Assembly: GCA_913020725.1 (NCBI GenBank)
Contig: CAJWCD010000061.1
Span: 1-20,548, forward strand
Source: an uncultured Pseudomonadota bacterium
GTDB lineage: Bacteria > SAR324 > NAC60-12
Length of the DNA: 20,548 nt
Reading direction: 5' to 3'
The translations under genes and the position numbers were made by a program. Shown in pieces: positions 1-7,748 of this stretch (position 1 is the first letter of the stretch; each line of letters starts with the position of its first letter). The notes under the pieces were generated by a model, which did not search any database, was not told where the DNA came from, and saw only the letters and a list, made by a program, of their open reading frames with translations.

Positions 1-64
1 GCAGCTTGCCTCTCTTCACCAGACGGTGAGTTGCACTTACGAGTTGAATCCGCGGACTAGAGAG

Positions 65-110
65 ATTCGTAATGCGTAGGTCAGCGGTTCAAATCCGCTT
101 GCGAGCTCCA
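65..110 (+). mobile_element. 3' half of tRNA-Thr(CGT), probable att-site duplication of an integrative element located left of the window
   Basis: ATTCGTAATGCGTAGGTCAGCGGTTCAAATCCGCTTGCGAGCTCCA gives anticodon loop TTCGTAA (CGT at 68-70), variable loop AGGTC, T-arm AGCGG-TTCAAAT-CCGCT, acceptor 3' strand TGCGAGC and CCA. The bases immediately upstream (GAGAG) do not supply the 5' anticodon stem or a D-arm. Confidence 0.75.
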
Positions 111-174
111 ACGTTCAGTACACTCCGCACCTCCAAGCAATCCTCAATTTTCCGACAAATCCGGTTCTCCAAAT

Positions 175-1398
175 TCAGGAGTTGAGTGTCCTGAAATCCT
201 CTCGCTCAAGCAACAGGGAGAGTGCAAACCCGAAGAGCAATCCCCAGAATGCGGCGCCGACTTGCCAGATTTCGATGCCGGAAACGGAAACGACAAAGGC
301 CGCCAGGGCACCTAGCGTGAATTTGGTCCGGAAGGCGGAGATGAAGGTTTTTTGCAGCACCCCCCACATGGCAAGGCCGCCAAGCATTTGGATGTAGCTG
401 ACGGGCAGCACTTCGCCTAGCGCGGTCATGAAGGGGGCACAGAGGCTAAAGGCGATGGCGAGCAGTCCAAAGATCATTCCGCCCACATAGCGGGTGCGAG
501 CTTCCCCGGAGGCTTGCAGCAAGGCATTGGACGGTCCCGTCACACAAGTCGGCACGGATCCCATCAACCCAACCACCACGGTGCCAAGGCCGCAGGCCAT
601 CGTCAACACGGATTGCGGAGGCTCGAACCCCGCCTGCCGAGTGATGGCAAAGCCCTGCGAGTTTTGAATACCGATCACGGTGACGGCGAGCGGAATGGAC
701 AATTCCGCAATGGCAGCGAGGCTGAATTCCGGAGTATAAAATTGCGGTTCGGCCCATTGAAATTCTGGCAGTGGCGGCAACGCCTCGGCATTTCCCCATT
801 GCAACACGGCCAAACCTGCCAACAATGCGGTCAAGATGGGTGGAATCCGCAACAGCAAGCGAGGCCAGCCACTGGCCACCACAAACGCAGCCAGCATCGC
901 AGCGGCCATGCTCCACTGCTGTTCAAACGCCCGCACGACGCCAAGCGCGAACGGCAGGAAAACTCCGGCGACCATGCCCATCACGATTGGAAGTGGGATG
1001 GACGCCATCAGGCGTTTCACCCAACCCGTGAGCCCCAGTAGAAAGATGATGACCCCACTCACCAGCATGGCTCCGATGGCTTCGGTGAAACGCAGGTGTT
1101 GCAAGCTTCCGGACAACAGCACGGTGCCCGGGATCGTCCACATTAGCGCCATCGGCTGTCGGTAGAGTAGGCTGAAGCCAATCGTCAGCAGGCCACCAAC
1201 TCCAAACGCGGAAAAAATCCATGAGCTGGTGTCGGTTTGACTCAAGCCGCCTGCATGTGCGGTAGCGAAGATGATGGCAACCGGGCCAGTGCTGGCAAAC
1301 AGCATTGCGACAACGCCGTTGACCACGCTGTGGCTGGTGGTGTCCCGGAGGAGTTGCCCAAGACTGGGGGGACGTTGGGGGATTTCAGTGGGATCCAT
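175..1398 (-). CDS. benE: Benzoate/H+ symporter BenE family transporter
   Basis: 407-aa polytopic membrane protein with family-typical segments YRQPMALMWTIPGTVLL, 'IPLPIVMGMVAGV', 'IQNSQGFAI' and C-terminal 'GAAFWGLL'. Confidence 0.85.
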   Translation of the reverse strand: MDPTEIPQRPPSLGQLLRDTTSHSVVNGVVAMLFASTGPVAIIFATAHAGGLSQTDTSSWIFSAFGVGGLLTIGFSLLYRQPMALMWTIPGTVLLSGSLQHLRFTEAIGAMLVSGVIIFLLGLTGWVKRLMASIPLPIVMGMVAGVFLPFALGVVRAFEQQWSMAAAMLAAFVVASGWPRLLLRIPPILTALLAGLAVLQWGNAEALPPLPEFQWAEPQFYTPEFSLAAIAELSIPLAVTVIGIQNSQGFAITRQAGFEPPQSVLTMACGLGTVVVGLMGSVPTCVTGPSNALLQASGEARTRYVGGMIFGLLAIAFSLCAPFMTALGEVLPVSYIQMLGGLAMWGVLQKTFISAFRTKFTLGALAAFVVSVSGIEIWQVGAAFWGLLFGFALSLLLEREDFRTLNS

Positions 1399-1591
1399 GC
1401 AGTGCGAGTTGGTGTGGTTCGGTCATCATTCCTGACAATCCACCAATAGCACATTCAGCCATGGAGTTCACGAATCTGTGCCTTCCCTCCAGAGTTCGAC
1501 TACCATTCAAGCGAAAGTGACACGGTGCGCCTGGACGTAGCAATCGTTTGCTGTTCCTGCTATAACTTGGAGGCAAAGACCATTTTCGCCT

Positions 1592-3196
1592 ATGCCTCGC
1601 AGCCTCCGCAACAAAATCCTCGTGACCTTCTATTTTGGGTCGCTGTTGACCTTGCTGGGGTTCATTGCCGTCTATGTGCTGGCCCAGCGTCAGCAGGAAC
1701 TGGCTCGGCGCAATCTGGAGTTGCAACCTGTCGCCGAGTCGTGGTTCATCCTGAGCAACCGACTCCACCAAGCGGTGCAGGTCCAGCGGGAATGGCTGGT
1801 TTCACGGGAAGAAGGGAGCCGAGAGTTTCGGGCAGAGGCGTGGTCCGGAATCCACGAGCAGATGGAGCGGCTCACCACCTTCTACAAGGGCGGGGAATCG
1901 GGACACGAGCGAGTCTGGCGTCCGGAGCGCAATGTTGAGGCTCGCAACTACTACGATGTGCGGCTCTTGCTGTTGGAGTTGGAAGCCAAGCAAAAGCAGG
2001 TGGAAGTCACGGTTTCCGGGGAGTCCAAGCCCGTGACGTTGAGTCCGGACTTGCCTCCGGGTGCCGTTCCGGAGAATCTGCTGTGGTTGCAGGCGAACAC
2101 GCTGATGGTGCAGGAGGTGCTGCCGTTGTCCCGCGAGGTGGAAGCGGCGATTGAGGCGATTGTGCGCATTCAGTTCGATCTTGCGCAGGAGGCGAGCCAG
2201 CAGGCGCATCAGGAGTTGGTGGTTCTCAACATCCGCATCCTTTTCATTGGGCTGGCGGTCTTCATCTTCGTGTGGATGCTGGCCCGCTTGCTTTCGCATC
2301 AAATTACTCTGCCGCTCAAGCGCCTGCGGGATCAGGTTCGCACCATCCGGGAGCAGGACGACAGGCAGCCGATTGTCGTGGAAAGTCGAGACGAAGTGGG
2401 TGACTTGGCCCGCGAGTTCCAGCAACTCATGGTGGAAATCCGGGAACGCACCAGCCAGCTTGAGTCTGCCAACCGCGAACTGGAATCGGCAACACAGGCG
2501 AAGAGCGACTTTCTCACACACATGTCCCACGAGTTGCGGACTCCACTGAACGCGATCAACGGTTTTGCGGAAACCCTACTCAACGCGGGTCCGGATGATC
2601 CGCTCACGGATTACCAGCAGGATCGACTGACGCGCATCCTCCAAAGCGGGCGCAAACTTCTCGAACTGATCAACACCCTGCTGGATCTTGCCAAAATCGA
2701 GGCTGGGAAGATGGAGGTCACCTTGCAGAGATTCGAGCTTTCCGTGGTGTTGCAGGAGGTTTTTGAGTTGGTGGAGCCACTGGCCGAACCGAAAGCCCTG
2801 CAACTCAAGCTGGAGTTGGAAGCAACCGACTGGCAGTGTCAAACCGACGAGGGTAAGCTGCGGCAGGTGTTCATCAACCTGCTGGGAAACGCGGTGAAAT
2901 TCACGCCCAAGGACGGCGTGGTTCGGGTGCGTGCGTCCTGCGAGGAAGGCTGGGTGACGGTTGCGGTTGAAGACAACGGTCCCGGAATCGACAAGCAGCA
3001 GCTTGAGCACATTTTCGAGGTCTTCGAGCAGGCTGCGTCCCATTCGTCCACTTCCGGAACCGGCTTGGGACTGGCCATCGTCCAGAGCTTGATGCAACTC
3101 TTGGCGGGCACCATCAGCGTGTCCAGCGAGCCGGGTTCTGGTTCCACCTTTTTGGTGCGGTTTCCTGCCGCGCACCCCACCCTTTCACTGGAGTAA
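1592..3196 (+). CDS. Membrane sensor histidine kinase (2 TM, periplasmic sensor, HAMP, HisKA, HATPase_c)
   Basis: H-box [12 protein letters not shown]-box [15 protein letters not shown]1 DNGPGI, G2 [12 protein letters not shown] 'PLKRL...[10 protein letters not shown]', and two hydrophobic helices. Confidence 0.95.
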   Translation: MPRSLRNKILVTFYFGSLLTLLGFIAVYVLAQRQQELARRNLELQPVAESWFILSNRLHQAVQVQREWLVSREEGSREFRAEAWSGIHEQMERLTTFYKGGESGHERVWRPERNVEARNYYDVRLLLLELEAKQKQVEVTVSGESKPVTLSPDLPPGAVPENLLWLQANTLMVQEVLPLSREVEAAIEAIVRIQFDLAQEASQQAHQELVVLNIRILFIGLAVFIFVWMLARLLSHQITLPLKRLRDQVRTIREQDDRQPIVVESRDEVGDLAREFQQLMVEIRERTSQLESANRELESATQAKSDFLTHMSHELRTPLNAINGFAETLLNAGPDDPLTDYQQDRLTRILQSGRKLLELINTLLDLAKIEAGKMEVTLQRFELSVVLQEVFELVEPLAEPKALQLKLELEATDWQCQTDEGKLRQVFINLLGNAVKFTPKDGVVRVRASCEEGWVTVAVEDNGPGIDKQQLEHIFEVFEQAASHSSTSGTGLGLAIVQSLMQLLAGTISVSSEPGSGSTFLVRFPAAHPTLSLE

Positions 3197-3201
3197 ACAC
3201 A

Positions 3202-3687
3202 ATGAATTCTCCCGCTGTTGGCGTGATCATGGGGAGCCGTTCGGACTGGGAAACAATGCAGGAAGCTTGTGACGTGCTGGACGAACTTGCTGTGGCTTAC
3301 GAGCAGAAAATCGTCTCGGCGCATCGCACTCCGGACTGGCTGGCTGAGTATGCGAAAACCGCCCACCCGCGTGGCCTTCAGGTGATCATCGCCGGAGCCG
3401 GAGGGGCCGCTCACCTGCCCGGAATGGTCGCCGCGCAAACCACGCTTCCAGTCTTGGGCGTACCCGTCAAATCCTCTACGCTGAGTGGCTGGGATTCACT
3501 ACTCTCCATCGTGCAGATGCCTCGCGGGGTTCCGGTTGGCACCTTGGCAATTGGCGGTGCGGGAGCATACAACGCCGGACTGCTCGCCGCCCAAATTCTT
3601 GCGCTGCACGATCCGGAACTCGCCAAGCGTCTGCAAGCCCGGCGCGATGCCACCCGCGACGAGATTTTGCTCAGCGAACTGCTGTGA
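3202..3687 (+). CDS. purE: N5-carboxyaminoimidazole ribonucleotide mutase
   Basis: [39 protein letters not shown]. Confidence 0.98.
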   Translation: MNSPAVGVIMGSRSDWETMQEACDVLDELAVAYEQKIVSAHRTPDWLAEYAKTAHPRGLQVIIAGAGGAAHLPGMVAAQTTLPVLGVPVKSSTLSGWDSLLSIVQMPRGVPVGTLAIGGAGAYNAGLLAAQILALHDPELAKRLQARRDATRDEILLSELL

Positions 3688-4844
3688 ATCGCAAACCCCT
3701 CCCTCCGGGAGCAACCATCGGCCTGCTCGGTGGAGGCCAGCTTGCTCAGATGCTCGTTCATGCGGGCAACGCGATGGGTTTCCGCTTTGTCGCACTCGAC
3801 CCCAATCCGGAGTGTCCGGCATTTTACGCAGGAGCCGAGGTGCTTGCCGCTCCCTACGGAGACCGTGCGGCGCTGGCGGAGTTAGCGAAACGCTGTGACC
3901 TCGTGACCTACGAGTTCGAAAATGTTGAGGTCTCCGGAGTTGAGTTTCTGGAGTCGCGAGTTTTGGTGCCGCAGGGCAGTCGGTTGCTTGCACTGAGTCA
4001 ACACCGCATCCGGGAGAAAATCATCTTGCAGGAGCAGGGTTTTCCAGTCACGCCTTTCCGGATTGTTCGTTCTGTTGCCGAGTTGAGCGTGGCGCATGAA
4101 GCGCTCGGGCCGCTCATGCTGAAAACGGTCACAGGGGGCTACGACGGCAAGGGGCAGCAAAAAATCACCTCTGCGGCTGCCGTCGAGTCGGGCTTTGCCG
4201 AACTCTCCAGAAAAACTAAACCTCCGTTCATTGCGGAAGAACTCGTGGAGTTCGAGCGGGAGTTGTCGGTGGTGGTAGCCCGCAACCCTGCCGGGAAAAT
4301 CGCCAGTTTTCCGGTTGGCGAGAATGTTCACGAGAAAAACATACTGACTTTGACGAGGGTTCCGGCGAGAATCAACCCGTTGGTGGAGGCGCAGGCGCTT
4401 CGGCTTGCGGAGCAAGTGGCAGAGGTTTTGAGCCTGGTGGGGGTGTTGGGGCTGGAGTTGTTTCTGCTCCCGGACGATACGTTGCTGGTGAACGAACTGG
4501 CACCACGTCCGCACAACTCCGGGCACTACACGCAGGATGCGTGTGCAACCTCGCAGTTTGAGCAGCACCTCCGCGCCGTGGCCGCTTGGCCGTTGGGGGC
4601 AACCACGTTGCACACGCCAGTGGTCATGCTGAACCTGATCGGTGAGCAGCTTTCCGGAATGCTTGAGCAGTTGGATCGGCTCCCGGCGGCGGCGCACCTG
4701 CACCTCTACCACAAACACGAGGTCCGGGCAGGCCGCAAGCTGGGGCACTTGAATTTCACTTGTGACGATCCCGCAAGGCTTCTTGAAACACTCAACTCCT
4801 ATGGAATTTGGACTCCGTCACTTTTAGAAAACGCACTCAGTTAA
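3684..4844 (+). CDS. purK: N5-carboxyaminoimidazole ribonucleotide synthase (ATP-grasp)
   Basis: [47 protein letters not shown] start overlaps the purE stop (GTGA). Confidence 0.97.
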   Translation: MNRKPLPPGATIGLLGGGQLAQMLVHAGNAMGFRFVALDPNPECPAFYAGAEVLAAPYGDRAALAELAKRCDLVTYEFENVEVSGVEFLESRVLVPQGSRLLALSQHRIREKIILQEQGFPVTPFRIVRSVAELSVAHEALGPLMLKTVTGGYDGKGQQKITSAAAVESGFAELSRKTKPPFIAEELVEFERELSVVVARNPAGKIASFPVGENVHEKNILTLTRVPARINPLVEAQALRLAEQVAEVLSLVGVLGLELFLLPDDTLLVNELAPRPHNSGHYTQDACATSQFEQHLRAVAAWPLGATTLHTPVVMLNLIGEQLSGMLEQLDRLPAAAHLHLYHKHEVRAGRKLGHLNFTCDDPARLLETLNSYGIWTPSLLENALS

Positions 4845-4846
4845 AG

Positions 4847-5569
4847 ATGGAATCCTCTGAAGACACCCTGCTTTATGAAGGCAAGGCCAAAAAAATTTTC
4901 ACAACGGATCATCCGGAGGTTGTCCGGATTGCGTACAAAAACGACACCACGGCTTTCAATGGCGAGAAGTTTGAGAAACTGGCAGGCAAGGGGCGGCTCA
5001 ACAACGAGATCAGTAGTTTTTTTTTCGAGCATCTCCACCAGCAGGGCATCCGGAACCATTTCGTGGAGAAGCTTTCCGCAACCGAGCAACTGGTGCGACG
5101 CGTGGAAATCATTCCCTTGGAGGTGGTGACTCGTAATATTGCCGCTGGCTCCCTGAGCAAACGCACTGGCTGGGAAGAAGGGAAAAAATTGCCTGCACCG
5201 CTGGTCGAGTTTTATTATAAGAATGACGATTTAGGCGATCCGCTACTTGCCGATGTCCACATTGACATGCTGGGTTTGGCTTCTGAGTCCGAACTTGCCG
5301 AACTGCGCCAGCGCGGATTGGGAATCAACGACTGTTTACAGCAACTGCTGGAGCCGTGTGGTATTCTGCTCGTGGATTGTAAGCTGGAGTTCGGACGAGA
5401 CGCGGAGGGCAACCTGTTGCTTGCCGACGAAATCTCTCCAGATACTTGTCGTTTTTGGGATGTGGTGACTCAGGAAAAACTCGACAAGGATCGCTTCCGG
5501 CGCGATCTTGGCGGAGTGGTGGAGGCTTACGATGAGATTTGGCGACGTTTAACCGCAGGAGCAAAATGA
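4847..5569 (+). CDS. purC: SAICAR synthase
   Basis: LLYEGKAKKIF, IIPLEVVTRN, DCKLEFG, LADEISPDTCRFWD, DKDRFRRDLG. ATG at 4847 just after the purK stop is preferred to the ORF-track start at 4808. Confidence 0.97.
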   Translation: MESSEDTLLYEGKAKKIFTTDHPEVVRIAYKNDTTAFNGEKFEKLAGKGRLNNEISSFFFEHLHQQGIRNHFVEKLSATEQLVRRVEIIPLEVVTRNIAAGSLSKRTGWEEGKKLPAPLVEFYYKNDDLGDPLLADVHIDMLGLASESELAELRQRGLGINDCLQQLLEPCGILLVDCKLEFGRDAEGNLLLADEISPDTCRFWDVVTQEKLDKDRFRRDLGGVVEAYDEIWRRLTAGAK

Positions 5570-5814
5570 TGCAAGGAACAATCACCATTTCCCTCAAGGA
5601 AGCAGTGCTGGACCCGCAGGGTAAGGCAGTGCAAACCACCTTGCAGGCACTGGGTTTTCCCTTTGTGCAGGGAGTCCGGGTGGGAAAGTCGATTACGGTG
5701 GAACTCAATTGCGATGACCAAACTCAAGCCGAGGAGCAACTTCGGAGCATGTGCGACCGATTGCTTGTCAACCCCGTCATTGAAGACTACCGTATTGAGG
5801 TGTCCCTGACGTGA
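5566..5814 (+). CDS. purS: FGAM synthase subunit PurS
   Basis: LKEAVLDPQGKAV, VRVGK, LLVNPVIEDY. ATG overlaps the purC stop (ATGA) with AGGAG RBS upstream. Confidence 0.96.
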   Translation: MMQGTITISLKEAVLDPQGKAVQTTLQALGFPFVQGVRVGKSITVELNCDDQTQAEEQLRSMCDRLLVNPVIEDYRIEVSLT

Positions 5815-5852
5815 ATATCAACTTCAGTATCTAATCAAATTCTGAGAGCGTT

Positions 5853-6635
5853 ATGGATAAAAACACTGAGGATAAAGAAAACAATATGTTGAATAAAAAA
5901 CAGGTAAATTTGATCATAAAACTGCTTAGTGGGCTGAGTCACAGTTCTCAAAAAGACATCCAAACCATGCTCAGCGAGATTTGTGAAGGAGAACTCAAGG
6001 AACATGACGGAGATGCCCTCGCGGATCACTTCAAGGGGAATGTGAAGAAACTCTCAAACTCACTTTCAAATGACCAAAAACAAGAAGCGGTGCTGTGCAT
6101 TCACCAAGTTGCAAAAGCAGAGGATCGTGCGACCCTTGAGGATGAAACACTCAAGCTGTTGGTGGAGTGTTTGGTTGCTGTGAACCAAGGAGATAAGCAG
6201 CACAAAAAAATGTATTATCGGCAATTTATTCAGGGGATCAGTTTTGATTTTGAAAAAGACGATGATAAAATTAAATTCAACCGGGAAGCCCTCATGCGAC
6301 TGGGAGAATTGATGATCATTGTCGGCATGGCGGATACATTAGAGGATGAGGAAGTCGATATCATTTACGGCGTCTTTTTGGAACTTTGGGAAGGTCCACA
6401 CAATGAGGTGGGTGCCTTCCTTGCAGAAATTTTTAAGGAACTGGATGACTGGACGAAGAAGGGAGAGAGCTTAGTTGATCACTTCAGAATCGCCACACAG
6501 GAGTTGGCCAAGCTCTGTGATCGCCAACAGATTGAAAAAATCAAAGAGATTTTGGAGGAGTTTATTGGAGCTGACGACCGTGTGAGTGCTCAGGAAAGAA
6601 TCCTCTACAAGATCTTCAAAGACTTCTTGGGGTAA
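5853..6635 (+). CDS. Acidic helical protein with two TerB-like (tellurite-resistance TerB/DjlA-N fold) domains
   Basis: TerB-type A-D-x(n)-E motifs 'IVGMADTLEDEEVDII' and 'EFIGADDRVSAQERILY', plus a degenerate 'QVAKAEDRATLEDE' in the N-terminal half. Alternative start ATG at 5886. Confidence 0.6.
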   Translation: MDKNTEDKENNMLNKKQVNLIIKLLSGLSHSSQKDIQTMLSEICEGELKEHDGDALADHFKGNVKKLSNSLSNDQKQEAVLCIHQVAKAEDRATLEDETLKLLVECLVAVNQGDKQHKKMYYRQFIQGISFDFEKDDDKIKFNREALMRLGELMIIVGMADTLEDEEVDIIYGVFLELWEGPHNEVGAFLAEIFKELDDWTKKGESLVDHFRIATQELAKLCDRQQIEKIKEILEEFIGADDRVSAQERILYKIFKDFLG

Positions 6636-6671
6636 GTCATCCACCCTGCAACTGCTGGCAGCAGGAAACTG

Positions 6672-7736
6672 CTAGAAGTGATACTGTTCATCCCCACCGC
6701 CATTATGCTTGTCTGCGGGGTTTGTGCCCCCGTTTGTAGAGAGGACCGCCGGGACGCTTTTTGACACTGCTTTGGAACTTGCGGGGGGCGGTGCTGCACT
6801 GCTTGACAATTCCTTGCTGTTGACCCAGATGAGTTCCAGCGAATCTTTGTAAATGTCCACAGAACTCATCGCGGTTTCCTCATCGGTGTAGGTCTTTTCA
6901 ATGATCAAAAAAATCACCGCCAAAGTCATGCCCACGATGGAACTGACCATCGCAATTGAAACTCCATCCTTGAGTTCCTCTCCAGACTGGAGTGCCAGAA
7001 AAAACCCAACAAAGGTTCCAAGGATACCAAACATGACGAGGATTTCTGACCAGCTCTTGAGCAGGCTGTTAGCGGAGTCGAAGTTCAACTTCCAGACGCG
7101 CTTGAAGTACGGATTGTAAGTAAAGGCGTAGGATGCGATGTTGAAAAAATTTGGCTCCGGTTGCTTCCAATTGCAATGGATGGTTTGCTCCAGCGTGTTG
7201 TCGATGATTTGCTCAACACCCTTCTCGATTTCAAAGCGTTTGTCAAAATAATCGGAGAGTTTTCTACTGAATCCCGATTTTGATTTGCTGGATTCCAAGT
7301 CAAATATCGGGCGTTTAAATGTGTCTTGATTGTCGTTTGAGGCGGTTTCCGGTTGACTTGCCCGCACCTCCGCCCTCAAAAATGGATTGGAGGCTCCGCC
7401 TTCATCTGAGTCGGAGATGGCTGCTTCCGCTTTGGGTGGAGCAGACTTGTCCGCTTTCGAATTTTTTGCTGCTTCTGCGTGCATTCTGCGTTTCTCACGG
7501 GCTTGCTTGAGGATTTCCCAGACAATTTGTGAAAACTCCTTGACCTGTTCTTGCTTGTAGAGTTCCTGAATGTAGTCAGTCACCCCCTTTTGCAGAGAAA
7601 CCGCGAACTGGTGCTCGCTTTCAACGAGATAATGACGTTTGAACAAGAGGATTATCCCCAGCACAAATAGAATAAAAATCGCAGGGGTCAGGATATCCCC
7701 GACAATGAGTGAATACCAGTAAACCAATGCTTCCAT
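6672..7736 (-). CDS. MotA/TolQ/ExbB (ZorA-like) proton-channel family protein
   Basis: N-terminal TM, ~190-aa soluble loop, then helical hairpin 'EILVMFGILGTFVGFFLAL...GVSIAMVSSIVGMTLAVIFLII' matching the GxxGTxxG / AxxT(S)xxG channel signature. Short low-complexity tail. GAGGAG RBS upstream. Confidence 0.75.
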   Translation of the reverse strand: MEALVYWYSLIVGDILTPAIFILFVLGIILLFKRHYLVESEHQFAVSLQKGVTDYIQELYKQEQVKEFSQIVWEILKQAREKRRMHAEAAKNSKADKSAPPKAEAAISDSDEGGASNPFLRAEVRASQPETASNDNQDTFKRPIFDLESSKSKSGFSRKLSDYFDKRFEIEKGVEQIIDNTLEQTIHCNWKQPEPNFFNIASYAFTYNPYFKRVWKLNFDSANSLLKSWSEILVMFGILGTFVGFFLALQSGEELKDGVSIAMVSSIVGMTLAVIFLIIEKTYTDEETAMSSVDIYKDSLELIWVNSKELSSSAAPPPASSKAVSKSVPAVLSTNGGTNPADKHNGGGDEQYHF

Positions 7737-7748
7737 ACTCCTCCTTTG

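Noticed and set aside
40..110. Intact tRNA gene
   Set aside because: The acceptor 5' strand, D-arm and 5' anticodon stem are absent at the expected positions.
6645..6666. Bidirectional terminator between the TerB-like and MotA-like genes
   Set aside because: Only a short CTGCT/AGCAG stem with no convincing U-tract.
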